Assembly (NCBI GenBank): GCA_965197925.1 | Contig: CBDAOC010000020.1 | Coordinates: forward strand, 992,001 to 1,056,000 | Direction of reading: 5' to 3' | Source of the DNA: Nitrososphaerales archaeon | GTDB lineage: Archaea; Thermoproteota; Nitrososphaeria; Nitrososphaerales; UBA213 | DNA: 64,000 nt | The notes under the pieces: generated by a model | What the model saw: the letters and a program-made list of their open reading frames with translations, nothing else | What the model was told of the DNA's origin: nothing | The model's database searches: none | Program-made: the position numbers and the translations under genes | Part shown: one piece after another, positions 30,975-42,722 of the stretch | Position numbering within the stretch: the stretch's first letter is position 1 | Layout of the letters: every line of letters begins with the position of its first letter

Positions 30975-32066
30975 GAGGCTTGGGCGTAATTTAGTTCGAA
31001 ACGATAAGATCAGGTTTCAATTTTCATTGGTAATGTGTTTAGCTCAGACTCCATTACTTCTTCGTATATTATTTTTGATTGGTGTGATTTGGTCAAAACC
31101 TAATAGGAAAAGGGGTAGACCATTTTATTATTCTCCTACAGTTATGGTAGATGCTTCATCGTTAGAGTATGGATAAGAATACCAAGCAACAATGCTTTGT
31201 ATGAATATTTTTCGATAGACATGCCATACAACAGGAAGGTAATGAAGGCATGTGGTCTTGATAGGTTGCCAGACAGAAGAACATTCGACAGAAGGTCAAG
31301 GCCATATCAATTGACATAAGATCAAGGATAGATGTTATGGGTATGCTCTTCATAAAAGATGGGTTGGTAGACCCAGCCATAATATCCGTTGACAGTTCAT
31401 TGTTGAAAGCAAAGGGACATGTATGGCATAGATCAAACATGAAGAAGAACGAAGTGCCACGCTCCGGTATAGATACAGATGCTCGATGGGGATTCAGCAG
31501 AACCAAGGGATGGGTATTCGGATACAAGATGCATCTAGCATGTAGTACTGGTTCGTTGATAGTTCCATTATCAGCTGATTTCACAACAGCTAACATTACT
31601 GATAACAAGATGTATGAAAGCATAACATCTTCATTGCCTACAGGAATGGTAAGGTATGTTGTAGGAGATGAAGGATATGATGATCACAAGTTATGTGATT
31701 TCAGCAGGTATAGAGGGTATCCAGTATTCCCATTGGAAAGGTACAAGCATACTACAGATAATAATAGACTGGCATTGCTGCGGTTCTATCAATCTGAATT
31801 TAGACAGCATGTATATTCTCGGAGGAGCATAAGCGTTGAACCATTGATAGAGCAGATAAAGGATGTATTTGATATAGACTCATTACCAGTTAGAGGATTT
31901 GATAAAGTAAGGAGCATCGTTCTGATTTCTATATTGCTATACCAGCTGATGGTATACTACAACTACTTGACAGGAAGACCATTAAGGGCATTGAAGCACA
32001 TGTTGGGAAGTTAATCAATCAGAGGCATCAAGTTATTTTTGTTATATGGAATAATGCTCATACCTC
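30975..32066 (+). mobile_element. IS element copy 2 (defective)
   Basis: Near-identical to 9010-10107; 8-bp TSD ATATAATT on both sides. Confidence 0.9.
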
Positions 32067-32318
32067 ATATAATTATCATTTTTAGCATGACGATGTCCAG
32101 GTGGTTAACACATGCTTTGATCTTGAATATCATATTATTTCCAGGGGTCTTAAGAATTCGAAGATCTACTACACCTAAATATCGATTTACTTGATACATG
32201 GAGTCTAAAAATTGTGACCAGTGATTTACCGTACATGGCTGTAGCTTTTGAAAATCAATAAATGTAATATCAAATCCAAAAATAACTATCTCTCAAAATA
32301 CCTGAACAAATCTAAATC

Positions 32319-32774
32319 TTACCTAACGGAGACAAAAAATCTTGCAGTCTCTATGGGCATAGGTTGGAAGAATACGCCTTCAACATCAACCCGGATTATA
32401 AAATCACCATCATATGGAAATGTATATGTTGCAATTACTATACCCGGATTAGAATGTATGAGGGGGGTTTCATAAATCTCACTCCCATTCCTCTCCACAA
32501 ACAATCTATAGTCGATATGCTCCTGTGTCAGATCTTTGTCTTTCTGAAGGAATCGCATACGCAAGTTTGTTTCCTGACCCTGTTCAAGGGGTGATGGAGT
32601 CAAAGAGAGCTCCACGTCAAGTCTAGCCTTGTCAGTTGGTAGGACTAAAATTTTTGTAGAGGATTTCTGATCAGAATAATTTGAACCAGTTGAAGCCATT
32701 GATACAACAACTGCTATTATTACCGCAGCAACAATCCCCACTCCTATTACTCGAACCTTTTGACCAGGTTTCAT
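32319..32774 (-). CDS. N-terminally anchored paralogue of the 10193 domain
   Basis: DVELSLTPSPLE...RFLQKDK...HIDY...HSNPG...DVEGVFFQP..ETA shared with 10193. Confidence 0.75.
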   Translation of the reverse strand: MKPGQKVRVIGVGIVAAVIIAVVVSMASTGSNYSDQKSSTKILVLPTDKARLDVELSLTPSPLEQGQETNLRMRFLQKDKDLTQEHIDYRLFVERNGSEIYETPLIHSNPGIVIATYTFPYDGDFIIRVDVEGVFFQPMPIETARFFVSVR

Positions 32775-32884
32775 AAATTATGCATTGTATGTTGTCTGTA
32801 GTTAATATGCATTAAATCCATTGCTGATCCTCCTAAACAATTGGTTCTAAAATAAAATTATAGGTTAGTGGGAGTTTTCCTCAT

Positions 32885-33439
32885 CTATAACAATCTGATC
32901 TTCCTAGCCAAAATAACCCCTAGAACAATTGCAAATCCACCACCAACAACAGCAATAATTATCGGTTCAATAGAATTCCTTGGAACAGCACCCTCCGTTG
33001 ATGATACACTTGGATTATCCTCTTTTTCAGTTACAACAACATTAAAATCCACAGAAATTGGAGGTGCATTAAAAGGCACTTTGGCTTCAAGCAAGACCCT
33101 GTAATTTCCTGTATTTGGAAATACAAACGGCTCATATATGTCGCTAAATTCGTATATGTTCTCAAGGGTAGTCACCACCATCCCATCATTATCGAAAATT
33201 TGTATTGTGGTGGGTAGATTGAATAAGTTTAGACCATCTTCATCCAGAATGGAAATGCCTAGAGTGGTGGTCTCATTGGGAGAAGGATAAGTAGGAAAGC
33301 TCTGGAAAGTGACATCGTAATTTCCTACTTGCTTGGTTACCCCTCCATACAAATGGGCATCTAAAGAAGGGAAATGGATAATAAGGAAGCAAAATGACAA
33401 AGAGAAAAATAATAATGAAATTGACTTGACCGGGATCAC
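32885..33439 (-). CDS. Secreted His1 YtkA/Ig-like protein with a C-terminal TM
   Basis: LDA then HLYGG; FPNTGNYRVLLEAK; paralogous to the N-terminus of 36637. Confidence 0.7.
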   Translation of the reverse strand: MIPVKSISLLFFSLSFCFLIIHFPSLDAHLYGGVTKQVGNYDVTFQSFPTYPSPNETTTLGISILDEDGLNLFNLPTTIQIFDNDGMVVTTLENIYEFSDIYEPFVFPNTGNYRVLLEAKVPFNAPPISVDFNVVVTEKEDNPSVSSTEGAVPRNSIEPIIIAVVGGGFAIVLGVILARKIRLL

Positions 33440-33723
33440 TTGAATATGTGAAAGCTCATATTATTTATCTGTACTGCAGAAATAATTTTGATTATTCTTA
33501 GCTTGTCAATAGTTTCAATGCCAGAGAATCCACACTTAAATTATTTCTTTTAAAATCAATATTTCATATGTTCATAACATTCCTATTCCAGGTTTCTTGA
33601 TCATGAAAATACAAACTTTATCATCTAGGGGTACAACTTTCCTGTTGTGCAACACGAGCAATTTTGCCTGTGTACATAATGCCACGAAAAGAGTTTAAAA
33701 TCTAGGGGTGAATATAATATTTA

Positions 33724-34368
33724 TTGAGCTCACAGAATCTAGTCATTAAGGCCTATAGAAAATATGCAGATAATTACGATTTGGTGGTAAAGTTTTACCG
33801 TCTGTTAGGAATCAAAATTGGAAAATATCGAAAAATTACGGTAGATGCACTAGAGTTGTCAAAGGGAGATATAGTTGTGGAATTGGGTTGTGGAACTGGA
33901 TTGAATTTCCCTCTAGTTTTAGATGTAATCGGTCCAGATGGAAAGCTAATAGGAGTAGACATCACTGACAAAATGCTTGATCAAGCAAGAAAAAGAGTAA
34001 AAGGAAATGAGTGGAATAATGTTGAATTGGTACAAAGTGATGCTGCAGAATACAACTTCCCAAAAGATGTAGATGGAATTTTCGCAACTGGTGTAATTCA
34101 ATATTCTCCACAATGTGATAAGATAATCAAGCACGGATATGACGCATTAAAAACTGGTAAGAATTTTGTGATACTTGATTTTAAAATGTCACAGGGGACA
34201 GCCAGAATCTTTGCACCATTATTGCTTTATTTAACAAAACCCTTTTTCTCCAATAAAGAGTATATGGTACGCTCTGCATGGAAATCAATTGAAAAGTATT
34301 TCGAAAAAACTTCATTTAAAGAAGGTTGGGGCGGTTTTTTGTATATTTCAGTTGGGAAAAAGATCTAG
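33724..34368 (+). CDS. Class I SAM-dependent methyltransferase (UbiE/PmtA-like)
   Basis: VVELGCGTG and GVDITDKML motifs. Confidence 0.85.
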   Translation: MSSQNLVIKAYRKYADNYDLVVKFYRLLGIKIGKYRKITVDALELSKGDIVVELGCGTGLNFPLVLDVIGPDGKLIGVDITDKMLDQARKRVKGNEWNNVELVQSDAAEYNFPKDVDGIFATGVIQYSPQCDKIIKHGYDALKTGKNFVILDFKMSQGTARIFAPLLLYLTKPFFSNKEYMVRSAWKSIEKYFEKTSFKEGWGGFLYISVGKKI

Positions 34369-34515
34369 AAATTATCAGGAATAGAGATGGCTAGATAAAT
34401 AGCAATAATAGGAATTGGTAAAATACAATCTACATATTAAAATTCAATTTCTTAATTAGGCGTTCATAATAACTTCCTGGTCTCTTCCAACGCTATTAAC
34501 CCGTTAACTAAGTAC

Positions 34516-35275
34516 TCAGATTATGAAGAGTTCTAACATTCCGATCTTGTACATTATGTATACACCAAATCCAATGTTTGTTAAAGCTGCAGTCACTTTG
34601 ATATGTTGGCTTATTTTCCCATGTCTTTTTTCGATGTAGACAAATGGCATCCCTATAATTGTACTAATTAATATCATACCAACTATGGATCCTATTCCGA
34701 AGATCACTATGTATGTTAGCCCTACCGGAATGGAGTCCAGTGTAGATAACACCACAAGCATGAGCACTGCTCCCTGCGAGCCCATGCATCATTCCTATAA
34801 TGAGAGCTTTATGGCTGTGAGAGTGTCCATCATAATCAATACCATGCTCATGACTATGAGGATGAACATGAATTTTATCGCCGTGGTAATGTAGGTGAAT
34901 ATGTTTTCCAGTAAACATTGTAAAGAAATTATCCAAGAGCTTGTTGCTTTTCACACTTCTTAGTGAAGCAAGTCCTAGAATGAGGAGCATTACTCCTACA
35001 CCAAACTCCAGCGATAATCCCAGATCCTTGGGTATATTCACTGCCAGCAGTAGTACGGCAAGTCCTACGAGGGATAATGTTAAAGTGTGGCCTAATCTCA
35101 AGAATGCGCCAAGCAGCGAGGCTTTGGTAAGTTTCTTGTTTCTGCTCAGCAATGTAGTAACAGCTACAACATGGTCGGCTTCAGTGGCATGTTGCAGACC
35201 TACAATGAATCCAAAAGTAAGAAATGCTAATGGATAACCTGTTAATTCACTTTGTATGAAAGATTCAAACATCAA
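34516..35275 (-). pseudogene. Nickel/cobalt transporter (NiCoT/UreH-like), frameshifted near 34765
   Basis: HATEADHVVAV, GHT, His-rich loop and HGLAGS; reading continues in another frame (AVLMLVV...FGIGSIVGM). Confidence 0.8.
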
Positions 35276-35394
35276 TACTCCTTAACATTTACTTTCAAGG
35301 TTTTTATCATTTTTATCTTGAAACAGCATACATTTTTCCCCATCTGGTTAAGTACTCACTTCTGCTTTTTATAGGAAGCGTTTTATCTAATAAT

Positions 35395-36274
35395 CAACTG
35401 ATCCCAAAACTGATCATTTAGTGAATAATTGACGATCATTTGGATCTATTTGCAATGCTGCCCGTAGCAGATCATGAAATTTCAGGAGATAACAGGTGAA
35501 CAATGGAAGATGATATCACCGCATCTCCCCAAGCCAGCCAGAACCGGAAGGCCAAGGGCAGACGACAGAAAGACAGTCAACGGAATCCTGTTTGTCGGGA
35601 TAACAGGATGCAGGTGGACTGGGATGTCACAAAGGTACGGCTCCAAATCAACTGCGCACCGCAGACTGCAGAACTGGCAGCGACGTGGAATATGGAAGAA
35701 TATCCTCTCCGCTGCAGTCAAATCAGCCCACAGATCAGGCAAGATGCAGCTGCAAAAAACGGTCGATTCGTCATCAATTCCGGCCAAAAAAGGGGAAGCG
35801 TCATAGGATACAACGGATTCAACAGGATTTCAGGCACAAAAATACACGTTGCGGTGGAACAAAACGGACTGCCAGTCTCAGTAGTGATGGGTCCTGCAAA
35901 TCAGCATGACTCTGCAAGATTTGTAGACGTGATGGATGGCATCTCACAATATCTGGATGAGAGATCTATCAGAAAAATTGCGCGGTGCCAAGCAGACAAG
36001 GGCTATGATGCAGAATTCATCAGGAAATACCTCACCAAAAGAAAAATCTCTGACTGCATACCTTACAGAAAAAACAGTAAGACACAACAACAAAATGATG
36101 ATACAGAACAATACCTATACGGCAAGACGCGCTATGTTGTGGAGAGATTCTTTGCCTGGTTGAAGAATGGGTTCCACAGAACCAGGATCAGATATGAGAA
36201 GAATGCACAAAACTATCTGGCATTTGTTATCATTTCGTCGATTATGATGTATTGGAGAGTATTGGGATGACTTT
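35395..36274 (+). mobile_element. IS5-family (IS427 group) element with two ORFs joined by a -1 frameshift
   Basis: Imperfect TIRs; 3-bp TSD AAT; AAAAAAGGGG slip site at AKKG; ADKGYD and RYVVERFFAWL motifs. Confidence 0.85.
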
Positions 36275-36636
36275 AATGTATCACGACACCCTTCTTATAT
36301 CAGTTTATTTGGTGCAAGTTTTCTTTCGATGTTTATATTGCATATACAGAGATTAATGAAGTGTGTACGTAGAGGATTTGGGTCATTTATTTGGCAATAA
36401 CTACGGTAGTTACCGGTATAGTGAGCTTATAGACAAGATAAGATTCATCTTAAATACATAAACCATGACAGAAATCCATCAAGTGTCATGACAGTATTAT
36501 CGTAAAATCCAGTTTTTTGAACCATTACGTTTCTTCAGTCTATGCATGGGAAGTAAAACACCATCGTTCCAACGAGAAATGATTACTAAACCTAACACCA
36601 ATTCATTTAAATTAAATTGCAACTTCACGAAAACAG

Positions 36637-37827
36637 ATGAAATATTATTTTTCAATTATAATTATTTTGTTATTAATGACTCCTGTTATCGCAGAAGGTC
36701 ATCTGCTTGTTGGAGAAACCAATCAAGTCAGAGGTTATAATGTGACATACATGAGTACACCATCCAAACCCATACTAGGTGATGATGTTTTACTTGCGTT
36801 CAGCATTGTACGTGATGATGTTGATGTTTTCAACGTATTAACAAAGTTAACTTTTATGAAGAATGATGCCATTATAGGAACAATTTCAGAAACCAGATAC
36901 CCAGCAGGTGATTTCTTTGTCCCATTCACGTTCACAGAGGATGGTCTTTACAGAATTGTGTTAGAAGCAAAAGTGAGTGGAGAATTGGAACCGATAGTGG
37001 TCACTTTTGATCAGAGAGTTGGGTTAATACCAACTGAAACTACTTCCACAGAAATTTTGGATGTGAACAAGGCAATATTATTATCTGTAGCTATTGGAGT
37101 GGTTCCACTATTTATCGGTCTTACCAATTCTAAACTTTCACACAAACTTCGTGACTCATTTAAAGGTTTCATTACCAGTATAGCATTCGGTATAGTGATA
37201 TTTTCGTTAATAGATCTGTTCGGAGGGGCTTCAAGACTAGGTATTGATTTTGGTTTGAGAGCAATTCCTCTACAATCAACTCTCTTACTGGCTTTTGCAC
37301 TAGGTCTTGTCATTCCATTTGCAGTGGAAGGGTATTCAAAAACCAAAGGAAATGTAGAATCGAAAATCGTGACTTATTCTTTAGTATACCTTTTTGCGTT
37401 GGCGGTAGCTTTTCATAGTTTTGCGGAGGGGGTGGTCATAGGGTTTGATCTGCAGGCTGGATATTCTTTTACTTTTACTCAACAATCTCTGCAAGGAACA
37501 AGCTTCTTCATGCATAAAATAGCTGAGGGCTTAGTCATATCGATACCCGTCATGTTGATCAAACCAAAGGCAGAGACATTCATATTGGCAGGTGTGGTAG
37601 CCTCCATTCCCTTACTCGTTGGGATTTCTACCGCATATCTGAACATTCCCGGCTTAGCGGCATCATATGGATTTGCGTTGGGGGCTGGAGCATCTACATA
37701 TGTTCTCTTCAAACTCAGTTATCTTTCGAATTTGCTTCTGAAAAACAAGATGTTGATATTTTCAGGAATTGTCATAGGATTGTTTTACACGTATTTTGCT
37801 GGATGGATTCATGCAATAGAGATTTAA
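36637..37827 (+). CDS. ZIP-family metal transporter fused to an N-terminal His1 Ig/YtkA-like domain
   Basis: AEG then HLLV; FHSFAEG and HKIAEG ZIP motifs; about 7-8 TM helices. Confidence 0.8.
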   Translation: MKYYFSIIIILLLMTPVIAEGHLLVGETNQVRGYNVTYMSTPSKPILGDDVLLAFSIVRDDVDVFNVLTKLTFMKNDAIIGTISETRYPAGDFFVPFTFTEDGLYRIVLEAKVSGELEPIVVTFDQRVGLIPTETTSTEILDVNKAILLSVAIGVVPLFIGLTNSKLSHKLRDSFKGFITSIAFGIVIFSLIDLFGGASRLGIDFGLRAIPLQSTLLLAFALGLVIPFAVEGYSKTKGNVESKIVTYSLVYLFALAVAFHSFAEGVVIGFDLQAGYSFTFTQQSLQGTSFFMHKIAEGLVISIPVMLIKPKAETFILAGVVASIPLLVGISTAYLNIPGLAASYGFALGAGASTYVLFKLSYLSNLLLKNKMLIFSGIVIGLFYTYFAGWIHAIEI

Positions 37828-37865
37828 GGATAGATATGGGCTTGTAATAGAAGGCTTGGAGTGTA

Positions 37866-38177
37866 TTGGTTAGTAAAGGTTTAGGAGCAGGGATAGGCGG
37901 TGTTGTTGTGGTGGTTATGGTGTTGGCCGGTTTATTCATAGTAGCCGAATTTAGGCAGCAGCAAAATCCTTTTGAATTCTGGGCGAATCAACCTACGACA
38001 TTCATGGATTCGACCGAATATTACCCGGATGAAATATTAGGACGATCAAACGAAGATACGATTGCTATGTGTAAAGCAATGCTTGATACAACAATAGAAA
38101 AGGACAGATTCGTAGATAAGGATATTAATTATTGTGAGGAATTTTTGGAGCACGTTGAAGAAAAAAGTAATGGATAA
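37866..38177 (+). CDS. Small membrane-anchored protein with a Cys pair
   Basis: N-terminal TM; 103 aa; directly downstream of the ZIP gene. Confidence 0.55.
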   Translation: MVSKGLGAGIGGVVVVVMVLAGLFIVAEFRQQQNPFEFWANQPTTFMDSTEYYPDEILGRSNEDTIAMCKAMLDTTIEKDRFVDKDINYCEEFLEHVEEKSNG

Positions 38178-38289
38178 GAATGAAGTTTTATTTTATTAAT
38201 TAAGAAGATCAAGAACCATTATTTCTCGTTTTGTTGTACCTACATATTACCTACATATGGCAACATTATGTCATAGAAACTTGTGATGT

Positions 38290-40090
38290 AATAAATACTA
38301 ATATTCTTGGGGGCAGTTGGAGACAGTTTCAACCGTGAGACATTGATCGGTACCAATCCTTCCATCTAGTTTGCCTTCACCACCAGCTCCTAAAAGTAAA
38401 TCATCACCTTAGTTTCCTTCAAGGTCATCATTACCAGAACCCCCGAAGAGTCGATCGTTACTAACACGTCCAAAAATTTGATGCCATCTTTACCGCCAAA
38501 CAACTCGTCATTATCGAAACCTCCGGATAGCCTATCGGTCCCGATACCTCCAAACAATACATTCTCACCCGGGCCACCAAATATCATATCGTTGCCCTCA
38601 ATGCCATATATCCAACTCATCTCAAAACTAACCATTTAGACAATTTTTAGCGACCATTTAGATCCATGAATAGCGACATCTAAAATTATTTTATGAAATT
38701 CCAAGAATTATCAGACAAACAGTGGAGTATGATGGAATCACACATACCACCACATGCAAAAACTGGCAGGCCTAGGGATGATGATAGAAAAATCATTAAC
38801 GGAATAATCCATGTTCTAACTACTGGATGCCGATGGGACGATATGCCAAAAAGATATGGTGATGATTCTACTGCAAACAGAAGGTTAAACAAATGGCAAC
38901 AAAAAGGAATCTGGAAAAAGATTCTATCACGTACTATTCACTCAGCACATAAATCTGGCAAAATTAATCTACAAAAAATATCAGTTGACTCTTCATCCAT
39001 TCCTGATAAAAAAGGGGCAATGTAACTGGATATAATGGATTCAAGAGAATAACAGGTACAAAAATACATGCCGCAGTAGAGGGTAACGGATTTCCAATAT
39101 CCATACTGTTGAGTCCAGCAAATGAACATGACAGTACAAAATGCATGGATGTTACAGGATCAATTTCAGACTATCTTGATGATGATTCAATACAACAGAT
39201 AGAATCAGTTTATGCAGACAAAATGATGCAAAATACATCAGAATGTATTTGTGGGATAGAAATATTGCATGTTGCATCCCATACAAAATAAATTCCAAGT
39301 TCATCTTGCAAAATAATGATTACAAACATTACAGCAAGACAAGATTTGTAGTTGAGAGATTCCTTGCATGGCTCAAGAATGGATTTCACAGAACAAGAAG
39401 CAGGTATGAAAGAACGGCAGAAAACTACCTGGCATTTGTTAATCTTGCATCATTTTTGATGTATTGTAGGGTTTTGAGATGAGTTGATCGTGTCTCCCTC
39501 CACTACCGTAAATTATATCATTACCAATACCATCTATAATATCATCATCGCCGGGACTACAACAGACATTGTCGTTGCCGACCAAGCCATGTATTACATC
39601 AACTTCAGGAGTTCCCAGTATAACATCATCAACTTCAGTTCCTAGTATGGTACCCGGTAACCTATCACACATTTGTGGTTCGGCCACACATTGGGTATTT
39701 ATGGTGACATCTGTATTTTCTATAAAGGCGTCAGTGTCAAATGTGTTAAAGACCACATCAGATATGGAAGCAGGTGTGTCTGTTACAGGAGAACCAATAT
39801 CTTTAACGTTAGCATTGCTATCTTCTAAAAAGTCTTCACTGCAATCACCTACTTTGCTCTCTGAATCAAGCTTGAGTATCCAGACATCTCTGGAACCCGT
39901 GCCAGATGATTCCGTAAATCCCAACGCCACATATCCTCCATCAAAAGTCTGCTGTATAGAATTTCTACTCGAACTGTCAAAAAGAGGATCGCCATAGGTC
40001 TTGGACCATGTACTCTGTACTGCAGGTTTCCACTAATTGCAATGGCATAGTCGGCAGTAGAACACCAAGTAGCAATATAGCAGTCATGGC
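38290..40090 (-). pseudogene. Hemolysin-type (RTX) Ca-binding protein gene interrupted by an IS
   Basis: GGxGxD nonapeptides on both sides of the IS; frameshifts. Confidence 0.75.
38613..39486 (+). mobile_element. IS5-family (IS427 group) element, defective
   Basis: Perfect 16-bp TIR CAACTCATCTCAAAAC; 3-bp TSD ATC; homologous to 35395-36274. Confidence 0.9.
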
Positions 40091-40880
40091 CTCATATCCT
40101 GCTAGCATGCATTCAGTATACAGTAAAATAATTTATTTCTTATTGAAGGCGAAATAGGTATCGCCAAGCCCGTACTTGGATATATCACGTTCTTTAGGAT
40201 GTAGTACGTGGTAAATGAATAAGCAAATAATATCGTAATGGACCCTCCATAACAAGAAGCAGAAACCCACATTCAGCACTTACATTCATTTCATGATAAT
40301 TGATTAAAAGAGGGGGAAAAACCTGATCAAACGCCGTAATAGCTCCAATGGAGAAAAAGAAGGGGAAAATGTTGGTTCCAAACCAAGTCTAGCATATGAT
40401 TCCCCCTTTACTTATCCCAGTCCAGAGAGGGGAAGGATTGAGTTTGAAACTGGATCTAGAATTTTTGCAATCTGCAGGGTAAGATCAAGGATAAAACTAC
40501 CAGCAGAAAGTTGTACAATTTTGAAGATAACATAATGATTGTAAAACGATTAATTAAAAGTGGTTTTATTTAGAAAATATTATACAAACACGACAGGTAA
40601 GATGATCGTCGTTAAGGTTCTTATACGGTTATAGGTATGAATATTAAAATTGAATTGTTGAACCAACTGTTAAACTTGGCAATATTTGTATATCCTATTC
40701 CCTGTATGCAAATTCATTGAAATATTGGGTGATGAACATTAAGAGAAAATTAAAATGAAATACGAGTCTAATTTTTTACTTTCATCACATTATTAAAATA
40801 ATCATGAAAACCTGATTGATCCCTAACATCATTATATTACACTAGAACGTTTATGAGGTTTAATTTCCGCTAAAAATAAA

Positions 40881-42427
40881 ATGAAAAATAATGTTCTTAA
40901 ACTTACAACGCTGATTGCGGTAATTGGAAGCTTGATGGTTCCTTTGACAGCTAATGCACCTCCTCTAACTTGCAACGGTTTTACTGCTACCATAATAGGG
41001 ACAGATGGTGATGATATACTACTGGGGACTTTAGGTAATGATGTTATAGTTGCTTTAGGTGGAGATGATGACATCCATTCAAGGGCTGGTGACGATGTGG
41101 TATGTGCTGGGGCTGGTCATGATGAGATTTTCGCATGGGAAGGTAATGATTTTGTTGATGCTGGCACTGGAAACGATCATATTATCTCCTATTCAGGCAA
41201 CGACGTTGCCTATGGGGGCGAGGGATGTGACGAAATAGGAGGAGGTCCAGACGCAGAGAATACGACTCTTGTAGATGACGATATAGTATATGGTTTCTAT
41301 CCAGATGATTACACGCCGGATTGGCACAGTTTGGTTCCTACCACGCATCCAGGTTCTCGGTCTCCAGCAAATATGACTGGAGGTGACAAAAATGATGAAG
41401 TTCATGGCTCAAACTATGGAAATGATCGTGTATTCGGAGACGGGGGCGATGACAGATTATTCGGTCATTGGGGTGATGATAGGGTAGTGGCAGGTCGTGG
41501 AGAGGCGCGGATAGTGATGGTGATAGCTGCCTTGCAGAGGAAGTAATAAACTGTCTAAGTTCAGGAGAGGTGATAATACCCATTGTCACTTCAATTACAC
41601 TGGATCTTCCCTCTGAAGTTAACATCACCGAAACTGTAAAAATCACTGCATCCATATTGGAATTCTCCGGGAACGCAGCTAGAAATGTCACTATAGATTT
41701 CTATGATTCAACTACATTGATAGGCTCTAACCGCTCTGATACACTTGGCATGACAAGTATTAGTTACACACCCGTAGCAGGTGCACATCCGATCAAAGCT
41801 GAACTTATGGCAAACGAACATTACGAGGCCAGTGAAAGTCCTGTAAGAATCTTGAATGTGATTGACCCTAGCGTTACCGGGACTGAATGTAACGGTATAA
41901 CTTCTACAATTATTGGTAGAGGGAGATGATTTTCTGATTGGAACAGAGGATAATGATGTGATTAATGGACTTAAGGAAACGATATAATCAGAGGTCTTGA
42001 TGGTAATGATCGTATCTGCGGTGGTGAAGGCTTGGACCTGCTATTTGGTGGTGCTGGTGACGACGTAATTTTTGGATTTACAGAGGATGATACAATATAC
42101 TTTGGGCCTGGTGATGATCTAGGATATGGTGGGATAGGTGACGATAGTCTATACGGAGCCTCGGGAAATGAACTATATGGCGGTGCGGGGAATGACACAA
42201 TCTTCAGTGGTGGTGCCAATGATTTACTGTTTGGTGGTCCGGGCAACGATCTGATGATAGGTGGAGATGGAGGAGATATATTATTCGGTGAGCTTGGTGA
42301 CGATGAGTTATTTGGTGAATCTGGCGGAGACTTCCTAAGGGGTGATGATGGAATAGATAGCGTGGATGGTGGAGTAGATTTCGATAATGATACTTGTTTT
42401 GCCGAGATCAAAGTTAACTGTCCATAG
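40881..42427 (+). pseudogene. Secreted RTX Ca-binding protein with a central Ig-like domain, split into three ORFs
   Basis: Signal peptide; two CNG.T.TIIG + GGxGxD repeat blocks; frameshifts near 41500 and 41925-41975. Confidence 0.75.
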
Positions 42428-42722
42428 ACCGTCAATTGGAACGTTACACAATTTATTTTTTTATTTTTTTATTAAACCTACAATTAGACTTGGGTTTGAT
42501 GTTTTTTAATCCCTTTCATGGTGTTGGCCGGTCATAGATATTAATTCAATGAAGAAACATTTGAGATATTTTCCTTAAACTGTTTCAATGTTAGTCTCTG
42601 CATGTAAGTAAATTGTAATTAAAAAATAAATAAAAAACATTGTTGGACTGATGAAATTGGAAATGATAATTCCAAAGGTCATCTTCTGGACCTGTTACTT
42701 ATTGTTGTGGTATTAAATAATT

